DNA of 63,724 bases, the filler included, from Octopus bimaculoides (taxonomy: Eukaryota): NCBI RefSeq assembly GCF_001194135.2. It is 3 parts of 3 records of this genome, joined end to end, with 100 filler letters (N's around TTAATTAATTAA, not from the genome) between each part and the next. Parts side by side here need not be neighbours in the genome. Positions count along the whole stretch, not along the records: positions 31,714 to 62,569 come from NC_068992.1; 2 more parts are not named here. The stretch is one strand, 5' to 3'. Made by a program: the position numbers and the translations under genes. Each line of letters starts with the position of its first letter. The first letter of the stretch is position 1. The notes beneath the pieces were generated by a model. That model worked only from the letters and a program-made list of their open reading frames with translations, was not told where the DNA came from and made no database searches. Shown here piece by piece: positions 37,725 to 50,951 of this stretch.

Positions 37725-37900
37725 TACTTAGCGGCGTTTCGTCCGTGTTTATTTCCTGAATTCAAATTCCATCGACGTGAATTTTGTCTTTTATCCTTTC
37801 GAAGTTGATAAAATAGGTACCAGCTAATCACTGGGGTCGGAGTTATTGACTTACTCCCTCCACTGAAATTACTGGCCTAGTGCCAAAATTTGAAACCAAT
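37725..37900 (+). mobile_element. SINE family B, 5'-truncated
   Basis: cttagcggcgtttcgtcc..gaattcaaattcc..ttatcctttc..gataaaataggtaccagct..cactggggtc..ttgacttactccctcc..gtgccaaaatttgaaacca. Confidence 0.75.
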
Positions 37901-39519
37901 ATAGAATATTAGATATCGGGAAAATAATAATGACATAATGCCTGCAATTTTGAAGAGAGTGTCTCTTTAAAATCTCTGCCATGTGCAGCCCTGATAATAA
38001 TGAATATATCATATGATACACCTAATTGTTTGTAATATAAGTATAAACTCTCAATTTTTGCAATAGAAAAAACTGAATTATGATAACGCCAGTGTATGTT
38101 ACTTAAAACCCAGAACGATGGGTTCGTGGAGATTCGAAACCAGAAGTTAAAAAAGAGAGAGATAGCTTCTTTAATGCTCTGCTGCTTCTTTTGATGAAAA
38201 AAACAAAATGAACAACAAAGACAGAAAAATCTATACTTTTCAGTATTTTAAATTATACTTGACTGTCGAACTAAAATTTAGAATTACGATAAAAGCTGAG
38301 TATAATTAAATAATAACAACACAGTATTTACTTCCAGGATTGTTTTGAAAAATATTAGTTTCTGTTATTAGTTCTCATTGTGTCTTCCTGTTCGACAGAA
38401 AAAAAAAAAACTAGAATGTTTCTGATTGTTTTTAAATCTACGAGGCCTAACTACAGACACATTCTAACTAATAGTAGTTGATATTTCCGGAAATGTGCTT
38501 CAGTATATAATCAAATGACAGTTCTAATTATAATAATAAATAATGTCTGGGAGAAGAGTTTTAAAATCTGTTGAGACAAATGGAAAGAAGAGAAGAGAGA
38601 GATAAAAACAGTAAGAAGCTTTGCGAGAAAAACATCAAATACATCACCAATCTAAATATATTAGAAGTAATAAAATAATTTGTTGAACTTGCAACCTCAT
38701 CATTACTTCGATGTGTGTATGTGTGTGTGACGTATTGTGATTTGAATTGTTTATTCGTCAGGCGCCAGGCATATGAATATATTCTGCTTGCACTCGCGAC
38801 CTTTTATTCAACGAAGAATTGGAACAATCTTATTTAATATGCCACGACCATTTATCTAACAGCTAAGAGATGATGTACTGAATGTCATACACAGGCAGTT
38901 CTTAATTTATTTGAAATTTCTCTCTTAGTCGGGGAAAGGAAACAATAACCTAGCGGCGATTAGTAGGAATTTATAAAGAAAGGGGAAATAATATCAAGAA
39001 ATTAACAATTAACGCCTGAATGATAGTAGGATTTTTCTATGTAAGGGATAAACTATGGACATGTATTAGTCTATCAGACCTCATCAGTATATGACTATCT
39101 GCTCAAGGGAAAAAGATATTTACATAGTGTAAAAAACAAAATTATTCGCATAATTAAAAATATAAGGGGAAGAGTAATCACTCAAATCGGCCACTACAGT
39201 ACTTATCAATAACAATGTGCTAAAATTAGAGCAAGACTACAAATTAAATTAAATAAAATTTAAAGAAAGTAGTAAAAACTAATTCGTCTAAATGAGTCAA
39301 CAGTATAAATTTGGATGAGACAACACAAGAATGAGGCTACAAATTAAATAAAAATTCAGAAATGATATGACGTACGGCTTCTCGTCGTCACTGTTATACC
39401 TGAACTGTTATAATATCAAACGTTCCCGATGTTCTCCTATTACTCCCCAACTGTGTATCTTCAACAAGCACTCCACGATATCTCTATTCAATAATTTCTA
39501 CGATCTGTACACTATGACT

Positions 39520-40310
39520 GCGCATATGAAACTCTTCTCAGACTGTTCTGCGTATGTTTATTTATACTAACTAGTATAGTGTGCCGAGTGACTAACTCGG
39601 CACACTGCCTAACTCGCAAGTTATGAAATTTATGTTTTTGTGACAACGTGTATGCTGTAGTCTGCGATATTTGCCATGGACAGCAAGTTGGAACTGAGAA
39701 CCAACATGAAAGTTTGCGTTAAACTTGGGAAGTCTGTTACAAAGACATTGAGCATGCTTCGGTAAGTTTACGGCGACGAGGCACTGGGTTGTACGCAATG
39801 GTTCGAGTGGCAAGGGCTCTTCAAAATTAGAAGAACATCTCTGGGAGACGATGACCGATTTGGAAGACCTGCCACGAGATTTAGCCCCAGAAATGTGATA
39901 TTGTTAAACGAGAATTCGCCCCCTAGGGCCAGACCATCAATCGAGAGTTCTACTGCGACGTTTGAATGCGTTTGAGGGAGGACATATGTTGAAGGTGACC
40001 GGATCTGTGGAGGGCAAAAAATTCGATTCTTCATGATGACAATGCACCCTATCACTGAGGACTCCTCACTCGTGAGTTTCTCGCTAAAAAGAACATGGTC
40101 GCCGTTTAAACACCGTTGTGAAGATCAAGAGCGATTCGCAAAATGTCCTCGACTCGCTTACTGAAAACGACTTCCAGGCCGGATTTCAAAAGTGGTAGGA
40201 ACACTGGGACCAAGCTATTGCTGATGAAGGTAACTATTTCGAAAGAGACGATGTTAAAACTTGTTATGTTTTATTAAACATAACTAGTTCGGGATCTTTT
40301 CGATACCCCT
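39520..40310 (+). mobile_element. internally deleted mariner element
   Basis: From ATG ~39676: MDSKLELRTNMKVCVKLGKS..YGDEAL..FEW..SLGDDDRFGRP, deletion, GQTINREFYCDV..ILHDDNAPYH..EFLAK, deletion, LDSLTENDFQAGFQKW.EHWDQAIA.EGNYFE. Confidence 0.88.
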
Positions 40311-42498
40311 CTCTCTGTTTCTTTCGATGTATATATGTGTGTATATATNNNNNNNNNNNTATATATATATATATATATATATGGATAGATAGATAAACAG
40401 AGAGCGCGGGAGAAAGAGAGATTAAGGAAAGGCCAACGTACATCCATAGTGAATACAATGTCATTAGGATGATCATATTAAAATTATATAAGGTAACCAT
40501 TTCATTTTGTATAGAATATTGTTGTAATTTTGGGGCTGGTGTGTCCGCTGAGTACTTGTACTTGCGTGAATGAATTCAGCGTTGAGTTGTTAATTCTTCT
40601 TTCAATTGTGTGGAGAACTGGGGCTCATTGTCGAAATTGTGTCTTGGTTGGGTCTCTTGTATAATTATTTTGTTTGTCATTATTCCAAATGAAATTCCTG
40701 TTCTAGTAACTTCTGTTAAGACTTTTAAGTGCTTGCTCTTTTCCCTTTCCAGGCGCATTTTCCCCCATTGAGCTTTTTTGTAGTACACCAGTCCTTTTAT
40801 TTTAATAGGTTTTTATTTCCTTTGAACTGCTGCTCTCTGGAACTTACTGTCGTTATCTTGTTTTCCTCTGGTCTATGACATTCAGTCCTTTAAACATCCT
40901 GTAAATAGACATTATTTGAATTTGTAGGCCTCTCTTTTCCTTTCTTTGTTGTCTCTTTCGCTACAATGCACTGGAACCATCTTTGAGACAAAATCATTTA
41001 AAAAACCGACTTCAAACTGGACGAATCGCCTCAAGAAATAACATTACCTATCAACAACCGCATATGCTTAAGCCGACAATACCTTCCTATTCAAGGAGGC
41101 TAAGAAATCAAAAAGAGGACTTAAAATACTTCAGCGGATTTCAATACTTCCCTAAGGGCATTCTATCCATTCACTCTGTATCCACTGAGCGACAGTTGAT
41201 ATATATAGCCATTTTCAAAATGGACGCAAGGTCTTAATTGTAAGCTATGTGTAATGTATTAATGAGCGACTGTGGGACACAGGATCCAGGGATTAGTTTG
41301 GACAGTAAAGAGTGCTAGACAGTATTAAGATATATCTAATGTTTTAATTGGTTTGTATTGAAGAGAATCTGTCGAATTGTTAAAATTTGGCAATTAATAG
41401 TCGGTTGTATTGCTATATAATGATATAATAATGTGCATTTATACTATAAGAGTGGAAATATATTTTGTCTATATATTTATGTAGATATTATATTTAAATG
41501 TATTTCTGTCTCTCCCTCTCTATCTACATACATGCATACATATATATATATATGCGTATATACATACATATACTCACACATACACACATCCATACAAACA
41601 CGCACATATCATTTGTTTATATATTATATGTATATGTATTTTTATATTTATATATTTATGTAAATTGTGTTTATTTCTTACTTTACAAAAACTTAATTTG
41701 TTTTTAAAAAAATATAATTGTTTTTCAATTAATTGAAACTTTTCTTTTGTGCATCTATGCCTAAATGGATTTATTGATTATTGTTGAAGTCTTATCGATG
41801 CCACTTAATTCTAATTTGGTACTTTTCTATAGTTTGTGAAAATCTTCAGTTCTTATTAATTGGAAGTTTTGTTTTTGTGCATATATATCTGAATATATTT
41901 ATTGAATAATGCTGGTATATTATCTCACTGCTAATTATTTGTTTATAGTTGTTAGATTTCCATTACTTATATTGAAGAGGGAATATTTTCTGTATCGTTA
42001 ATTTCAATTATTATTTCTAGAATACATTTTTTTCTTTACCAAAATCTTTCTATCGATTTGGTTTACGGCAGTTTAAAAAGGCGTCTATGTGGTTACAACT
42101 TGTACGTCTATGGTCAGACATATTGAAATCGTGGCAGATGCTTGGTCGTGGTAGCTACTATCTCATTGACGGAGCTAATTATATTTCATATGCAAATTTA
42201 CATACTGCAATAATAATACCTCAAGTCCGGCAGGCTAGACTTTGAAGTCTTTTTGATATAATATAGATATATTATAAAACGGTTATAGTAGTTGTTGATA
42301 AGAAGCTTGCTTGCCACCGAGGAAGTTCGGGTTTTGCTTCACTGTGTAAAATATTATGCATACGTCTTCTCTTGTAACTTCGTGATAATCAAATTTGATA
42401 CACATAAATCACGAGGAAGCGTCATACATATGAACTTACTCACAGATACATAGGTAAAAATACATGCATTCATACACATATACATATACCCGCATACA

Positions 42499-42538
<40 letters not shown>

Positions 42539-42598
42539 AACACACACACATATATATATATAAATCTCTCTCTATATATACAGTTGAAATTTATAGAA

Positions 42599-43101
42599 AA
42601 ACAAAAGACGAAGCAAGTGTATTAGTTTGACGTTCGGGCGAAATGAAAAAGCATATATATATAAATCAAAATAAACAACAGGATATCAAGTCGTAGTGCA
42701 GTTCGACCGTTTCAAGCGGCTCCATTGAATTAAACAATGCAATCATTACATTAATTTAAATGCAGTGTAATCTTCAGCTGCACAAATAAATAAATGGAAT
42801 TTTAACAAATACATAGCTACAATAGCGACTACATGAATTTCTTCCATCTTGATGTGTTAATATATTTAACAAAAATTATATTGTGTCCTACTTGTTAAAA
42901 TTCCATTTATTTCTTTGTACAGCTGAAGATGGCACTGAATTTATACTGATGTAATGAATGCATTGTTCAATTAAATGGAGACGTTTGAAACGGTCGTACT
43001 CCATTACTACTTGATATACTGTTGCTTATTTTGATTTATATATATATGCTTTTTCATTTAGCCCGAACGTCAAACTAATACACTTGCTTCGTCTTTTGTT
43101 T
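42599..43101. repeat. fold-back element: two 210-bp inverted arms with an 83-bp spacer, between TA/TC microsatellites
   Basis: 42599-42808 pairs with 42892-43101 without indels. Confidence 0.92.
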
Positions 43102-43148
43102 AATACCAGACTGACTTGGTGCTTCAACTTAAGTAACCAATTCAACTG

Positions 43149-43235
<87 letters not shown>

Positions 43236-43315
43236 ANNNNNNNNNNNNNNNNNNNNNNNNNNNNNNNNNNNNNNNNNNNNNNNNNNNNNNNNNNNNNNNN
43301 NNNNNNNNNNNNNNN

Positions 43316-43358
<43 letters not shown>

Positions 43359-43989
43359 ACATTTGTTCTTTTGAGGTCAATATAGAAATTACGAGTCCAG
43401 TAGGATGGATTTATGCAATAGTCAGGTCATTAAAGTGGCTGCCTTTGACATCGTTTTTTCTCGATTCTAACGCTAGACCTCAACAGCTTTGCATTGTCGT
43501 CTTCATTGGTTGGTTGTAAAGAGGCTAAATGAATGAGTGTGTAGATGTTTATCTGTACTAAAATAAATGTACAATTACCAAACTTGTCTTGTGAGGAAGA
43601 ACTCGCAATATGCAGATATTCAGGTTATCGACAACAGACGAAGAAATACGCGAACCACGAAACCACATTCCTGCTTTTAAATTTTTGTATTTTGCATGTG
43701 CTTCATACGTTTGTTGTCGCAAAACCGTCTGCTGAAACTGACATTGTGCTACTACACAGTAGTAGCAATTTTGCCAAGAAAATCAGGTACATTGATTATC
43801 GATCATATTTCTGATTCGTTGGTTAATACACACATAGAGAGAACATTAAAACCTCGATGTATACATTATCCATGACGGATTGTTCTCATCTCGGCTACGA
43901 TAACCAATGCAGTTAGGGAGGAGGAAAATTCTCTCTAATGGCAAAGCAGTGTAAAAATACCATATCTCTCCAGTGTGATCCTCTATCAT

Positions 43990-44460
43990 ATTCCCAGACA
44001 TCGATGTTTCTAGCTCTTTAGCTGTTACCAGTGGAAATTACCTAAGAGAGGCAACTCTAGATAGACCTGATCAAAGTCAAGGCTTTAAGTAAAATACAGT
44101 CAACAGCATTGGCTTATTTGCGCCAGTAGACATGAAGGTCGTGAAATCACCGTAATATTAGCGCCAAGTAGTGTTCAGGCATAAGCGAAGGTTAGTTAAA
44201 ATATGTTTATGCCACATTTCAGGTGTTAAAACGCAAATTCACCGCAGTTACCGTGCAGAAAAATTATCTCTAATGTTTCTAGCTCTTTAGTCATTATCAA
44301 TGAAGAATACCTAAGAGAGGCTATTCTGGACAGACCTTATTAAAGCCATTGCTTTAAGTGTGTTTCCCCTTCTATTATCATAAGAATCTTTCACTACGGT
44401 AACTGTAGTGAATTTGCAGTTGGAATATGTCACAAGCATATTCTAACTAACCGAAAGCTC
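43990..44460. repeat. interleaved direct and inverted diverged repeats
   Basis: Direct: atgtttctagctctttag..tacctaagagaggc..gctttaagt at ~44003-44090 and ~44274-44360. Inverted: ~44185-44260 vs ~44390-44460 (ggttagtta.aatatg..gcaaattcac..cagttaccgt). Confidence 0.8.
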
Positions 44461-44461
44461 G

Positions 44462-44532
<71 letters not shown>

Positions 44533-44819
44533 CCCTTCATTTCTCTTATTATTTTACCTCCTCTTCTACTATTCTATCCTTTTGCTCTTTCGTTTTCTCT
44601 CTTCCTTTCTCTTGTTCTATTGCCTCTTCTCCTCCCACTATTCTATCTTTCTGCTCTTTCGCTTTCTCTCTTCCTTTCTCTCATTCTTTTGCCTACCCTT
44701 CTTCCTTTCTCTTTTTTTCTCTCTTGTCTTGTTTCCAAATCTTTTCTTCTCCGCTTCACTGTTCTCTGTCTGTCACTCTCTCTCCCACATTCTTCGTCCT
44801 TTGCTCACGTGGCCCCCCA

Positions 44820-45175
44820 CCTGACTATCGGCCATTGTTTCTTGGCGTTCGCCACCACAACCTCGTTTAGGCTTAGCAGCCCTTCCTGTTTATTTTCACT
44901 GTCCTGTGTTTGTCACCAATCTTGCCCCTCCGCAAGATCACAAATTTTATTTAATTTGCTTTCCGGTTGCAACTGTTTTATCGAAGGCGTATCTTGTGAA
45001 TTGCTCGAAATACGGATTAGAAAAACAGCCGACAACTGATGAAGGGTCATACTTTGTGTTTCTTGTCATGTTTTGCATTTGTTTCTTTCATTGCTTGCAA
45101 AAAAAGTCCTTATTCCACGTCCTCGTACTTCGTATTTTTTGTTGTTTATGTTTTGTGACGTCCTGTGCCCACATA
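44820..45175 (+). mobile_element. probable Penelope-derived terminal-repeat family copy
   Basis: Contains actgatgaaggg and ends gtgacgtcctgtgcccacatatg, resembling the reverse complement of 2200-2230 (catatattggtacaggacgtcac). PLE assignment is inference. Confidence 0.45.
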
Positions 45176-45803
45176 TGCATATATGTATACGTATGCATGT
45201 AAGTATGTACGTATACGTATATATATATGCATATATATATTATGTCATATATATATATATATATATATGCACACAAAGAAAGAGAAAGAGAGAAAGAGAG
45301 AGGGAGAGAGAGGAGAGAGATTTCTCACAACAATACTGACGTGGCACTCCCAGATAACATTATTCCTGATTATATAAAAGCATTTTTTTCTAATTCAATA
45401 TTAAAGTGCAAATATATTTTTTCCACGGTTCAATACTGAAAAATACTTTTTTTTTGTTTTTGAATTTGTTTTGGCTTGTATAAATGACAGATGATACAAC
45501 ATAATACAACGTGACCTTTTTCTTTTCTGTGTTCATATTTAGAATTTTAAATATGACGATCGACGATCCTAGACAAAGATGAGATATTTCTGAAAAAAAT
45601 ATTCCGACGTAGTTTAAGAGTAAGTTTAAAAAACCCTCTAAAAGAAAACATTTTTGTTTCTTATTGAAGAAAAATACTTTACAAAATTATTTATGTCCAG
45701 TAGGAAAGATTCGGTTGTTTATTAGTAATTTTACAAGCTTATGCATAAGAATTCTGGAGGCCATTAGTATTCTTGCGAACACATATAGACGCATACACAT
45801 TCA

Positions 45804-45845
<42 letters not shown>

Positions 45846-47139
45846 AAATACACACACACACACGTAAATACACACACACACATACACACACGCGCACGCA
45901 CACACACATACACACACACTCATGCATGCACACATACACTATCGTACGCTCAAAAACACATCTTCGTATGATCCTGAACAATAGCCAATCCTTAGACAAG
46001 CTGTCTACGCCTGATCGTACTGCGAAACATTGATCTAAGTATGTTCCTGAATGACCGTAAAACGGTTTTATAACATCATAAAACAGACATAACATAATCA
46101 ATACATCGTAGAAAACGCATACACAAATATATGACCTATGAACAAAAGCCATCTTACATTTGCTCGATCATTGCTTATATGAGTAAAATGTCTGTTAAAC
46201 TTATATGTATCAGTCAGCGATTCATAGCTTGTACACAGTTGTGAACTCTAACGTCGATTTCAATGTATGAACTCCGAAGCCTTCAGTCATGCGGACATCC
46301 TAGTTCTTGATCTACCGTGTGAACTGGTTGAGTACTCCACAGACACAAGCAACGTTATGTAGGTTCATCGTTATTGGCTGTGACGGTGTTGCAGGTAATT
46401 TGACACCTTTGTATAAGTTTTGGTCAAGGGTCAACACAAGGCTAATCAAATACACTTACCAAAGGCGTCGGACTGTGAGAACAAACCCGTAAGTTCATGC
46501 GTGAGATGCACTCTCATAAACTTACGCCCATAAACAGCTACGGTAGATGACGAGAGTCAACCGTGGAAAGTTTTCTCATACGCAAAGGCCAGGAACGGGT
46601 TAAATAACATTCATAGTCATATATATGGTAACTTCACTTTCGGATTTACTCAAAAGAATAAACAAATAAATAAATAAACGAATAAATAAAACAGGACATC
46701 TTTCCAAACCTGATACACGTTATAGCCGTCAATTGTTGGCAAAATATTTTGAATTGTGTTGATTAATAGGATTATCTGTCTAGTCGTCTAATCTATTTCA
46801 TCTTCGCTTCAGTATGCAGTACTGAACAAATACATATCTTTCTGTTGAATGAGTTACAGAAGAAGTGTTACGATCAACATAAATACGCATATATTGTATT
46901 GGTTGATATAAATAAGCCGAGTTTTGCTACCGCAAACGCCTTGACTTGTATCATATAAATTTGATTCTTCGGATTCCTTATACAGGTTACTATAATCGTA
47001 TAGGGAGAGCAGGGTCACTGGTTCTATTTTGAAAAAAGGAAGAACATAGTCGTCCTCAAACCGAGAAGCTTACCCAAATCTTTGCAACTTCAGTTCTACA
47101 TTTAAGGAATGAGGAATTATGTACATTATTTAGATTACT

Positions 47140-47370
47140 TTCCTTTGACAGACATTTTTTCTCATCTTGTTTGTTGTTAACACAACTTCTCGGCTGATAT
47201 AACAGGTGTCTTGAGGAAATTTCGAATCTGGGTTCTCATTCCTAAGGTATTTTTCGATGTTATTATTATTATTATTATTGTTGTTGTTGTTATTCAGGTC
47301 ACTGCCTGGAATCGAACTCGGAATCTTGGGGTTAGTAGCCCGCGCTCTCAACCACTACGCCATATGCCCG
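47140..47370 (-). mobile_element. SINE family C, compact copy with intact Pol III boxes
   Basis: A box TGGCGTAGTGG (47352-47362) and B box GAGTTCGATTC (47309-47319); short (AAC)(AAT) spacer; gacacctg..[deletion]..tatatcagccg..gttgtgttaac. Confidence 0.88.
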
Positions 47371-49329
47371 TGGGCAATCATAGAGTGATTTTAGGGCTAA
47401 TAAATCTAATATTTTCATATCCTTCCTTAATACTGGTTCCCATATGCTATTCATCTGCACTCAGTCTACTTAGGAGGTTGTTGTGTCTGGAGAATCTACT
47501 AGAATAGATGCAAACGCTAATTTATAAAAAGATGTGACATATTAATAAAAATCTGTAAATGCACAACCATCCAGATATCTGAGTACCTTATTATTTTTTC
47601 TAATATATATATACATATAGCACGATTTGTTCGTGATCAGAGGTGTTGGAAAACGGAGGCACTGCCATGTATATATATATGAGTGTGGTTATGCACAGGA
47701 GGTCGATATGTATGTGTGGTGTGTGTATCACTCTTTTCATGTTTGTAGAAAGCTATTGGTCTTGTAAGAGTTGTTTTCTCTCTTTTCTGCCGTTGCAGTT
47801 ACTGTAGTGGTTTTTGTTTTTCAATTGTTTATAATTACAATGCTGCGTGCTCGATAACAAAAAAAAAAAAAAAAAAAAAAAAAGACAGCTGAAGAGAACC
47901 TCACCATAAACAAATATATTCCTTTGATATCAGATATAATATTCATTCGAATCGTGAAACGTAGTCTGTCTTCGGTTACGTAGTTTTATGCACTAATTTC
48001 ACATGGAATCGATTTTCTTGGGAAAACTAAATGACTGTAAGCTATTAGTCCGTTGAAGGCCAGTTTCAGAGACTGGCCAATTTATCACTAACCCGTTACA
48101 ATCAGTGCAGTCACTTAGTATTATTTTATTCAATGGTTATTGGACAATTTCGGCGTGGTTCACAAATATATTTGACGTTTCATTTTTCTTTTTTTATTTT
48201 CACAGTTTGAGCTTTCATTTTTCGTTTCAGAATGTTCTTATATCATTACGTATTGTATTTAATATTCAATCTTCATACATATATTGCCACTGCAATGCAA
48301 TTCATAATTATAGAGAGGAAAACATGGAGTAGAATAAGAGAATAGGGTGAAGCTGGTCCAGGTTGGTTTCTGTGTCGCTTGGAAAGTTTGTAACAGATTT
48401 CAGTGTGTAGATTTGTGAAATAATCTGACATTTCCTGGAATTTGTTTCCTATATATTCCTCCTCTACTTCCACATCCGCTTCCGCCTCCAGATGTTACCC
48501 TGTCACCTCTCCGTCACCTCCTCCTCCATTTCCATCACCAGCACAATGAGGATGACCTCTATCACCTCCATCACCAACAACATCAACACCAACACCATTT
48601 CTTCCCTTGCACTATTCTTCTTCCTCTCATTTCCTTGTTCTTTGTTTTTGTCACCTTTTTTGTCTTCAGAAAGCTCGAAAAAGACAAAAAAAAAAGGTTT
48701 CAAAGACAGAGAGATAGACAGAGAAAGAAATAGAAAGAGAGAAAGAGAGAGAGAGAGAGAGAGATAGAGAGAGAGAAAGAGAGAGTATGTATAAAAGGTT
48801 TATCTCTTTGAATGCCAAATGTGTATTGAAATAAATTAAGTTGATGACTGTGGTGGATGTTGGATAAAAAAGGAGGGAACTTCAGTGAGGAGTGATGTGA
48901 ATGATGTGAGTGATGTTAGTGATGTGATTGATGTGATGGAGAAGGAAGCATAGTATGTAGGAAATGGAAAATGTGCAGTAATATTTATAACAAGATCTCA
49001 CTTACTTGAAATAAGTGGAATGTGGTGAGGAGCAGGTCAATTGAGGTGGTTAGTGAATGATAGTGTAATGCAAGAGTTGACCACAAGGAGATACATAGTA
49101 ATATAGAGGCATGCGTGAAAATTAAAAAAAAAATCGAGGGAGGTCGATATGAAAGGGATGGAATAATGTAGTTACAGAGAATGACTATCAATAAACAATA
49201 GTCGAAAATGTAAGGTGGGGTCAAAATTATGAAGACAAAACAAAAACCATGTGTGATATCCAGAATGTGGATGGTCAGAAATCTGTAATTGATGCATAGC
49301 TTCAGGTCAATCTTGATCAAAGTCTCCGA

Positions 49330-49640
49330 ATTATTCTACATCACTCCGTAAGGAGCATGGGGCCGTGATTATTTCACGACAACAGAGGATGCGATCTTAG
49401 GCTACCGCCTTGATTTTAGACTAATAGCGACCGGTAGCTTTCACCTCGTCAGCCACGCATCATTTCAATGTCTTCTTAGGTCGTCCAAATGTCCTCTTGC
49501 CTTTGGGTTGCTAGTAATGCTTCTTGGAGGTCTCTTGAGAGTCTGACCGATCCAGTCCAATTTCGTTGTCAGTATGTGTTAATTGGTGAGCGTTTGGTTC
49601 GTACCATAGCTGTCCATAGAACGTATTTAACGGTCTACTT
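49330..49640 (-). mobile_element. RTE LINE 3' end of a second subfamily, decayed
   Basis: TNQTL..KLDWIGQTLKRPPRSIT..NPKGKR..GRPKKT..EVKA, resembling the WIGHTLRK..WNPQGKRKRGRP RTE C-terminus. Confidence 0.7.
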
Positions 49641-50844
49641 TCCGTTCATCTTTTCACATGTCTCTGCTTAGCTGACTATCATACTAAGCACTTCAACAGA
49701 GTGTATGGATAAGTATAAAGTCCTGTATGACAGTCTGTACAATAACTCTCTATTTCTACTGGATATTTTGTACAATTGTAGGTTTTGAGTGAGGCTAAAA
49801 CGAATGAGTACTGGGCAGAGTTGGTCAGGATACAGAAGTTGCTCTTCCTCTGCTCGTAGTGATTTGGTGGGTATTGCAGGACAGCGTTAAGTTAGTTAAC
49901 AATAATTCAGAAAATATTGAAAGCTTATTCTAAATATTGAAAGCTTATATCAGTCTATTTCTGATATAGATTTTCTTTTTCTTTTCAGAAGTGGAGCAGA
50001 GAATAGCAGACATGGTTCAGATAATTATGACCTTAACAGCGAAACATACTATTCATTGTATATTCTGAACGTAGTAAATGTATAAGATTAAACAGTGATT
50101 GTGTAGAATAATAACATTGTTCAGAAAATAAATAATTCAGAAATCATCCGCAGGAAAAATTAATAGGATTAGATGAGTGTTATAATTTGCTTGAAGCACT
50201 GCAGAAAAATATCTATATAAAATAAGTGTATTAGAAAACTCTAGTGACGCAGTTGCAAGATTAAACATAGATAAGAAACAGAACAAAGATTCCGAGTTGT
50301 TGTTTTAACAATATCAATATCATGAAATATTTTTAAGGTAACGAATCAGTATCTTTGTTCTTGTTCTTATGTTTGATCTACCAACCACATCGGTGGAAAT
50401 GAAAATATTTCAAAGAAAGTGCATAAAAATATATACGGCTTTGAAATATTTTTAGTTTCTAGACTAGAANNNNNNNNNNNNNNNNNNNNNNNNNNNNNNN
50501 NNNNNNNNNNNNNNNNNNNNNNNNNNNNNNNNNNNNNNNNNNNNNNNNNNNNNNNNNNNNNNNNNNNNNNNNNNNNNNNNNNNNNNNNNNNNNNNNNNNN
50601 NNNNNNNNNNNNNNNNNNNNNNNNNNNNNNNNNNNNNNNNNNNNNNNNNNNNNNNNNNNNNNNNNNNNNNNNNNNNNNNNNNNNNNNNNNNNNNNNNNNN
50701 NNNNNNNNNNNNNNNNNNNNNNNNGATAGATAAACGCACATATATCTTATAAATATTAACAATGACTGTTCGAAGTTTTGACGTGAAAACTGGTTTCTCA
50801 AACTATGTTTTGTTTATTAACTACACAAATCTATTAAACTAGCA

Positions 50845-50887
50845 TAGATAGATAGATAGATAGATAGGTAGATAGATAGATAGATAA

Positions 50888-50950
<63 letters not shown>
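50845..50950. repeat. (GATA)n tetranucleotide repeat
   Basis: Directly visible. Confidence 0.97.

Positions 50951-50951
<1 letters not shown>

Noticed and set aside
37332-37731. ORFs with poly-N/K and poly-L/F
   Set aside because: Translation of the compound trinucleotide repeat inside a SINE.
40218-40250. gCTGATGAaggtaactatttcGAAAgagac, hammerhead-like spacing
   Set aside because: It lies in mariner coding sequence (IADEGNYFERD) and lacks stems I-III; coincidental.
40560-41330. Possible decayed LINE fragments
   Set aside because: Composition is suggestive but I found no diagnostic EN or RT motif; left unannotated.
47290-47370. Possible tRNA gene (also heads at 56930-57000, 37620-37680 and 58348-58440)
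   Set aside because: A and B boxes are present but there is no complete acceptor stem, and each continues into a multi-copy SINE body.
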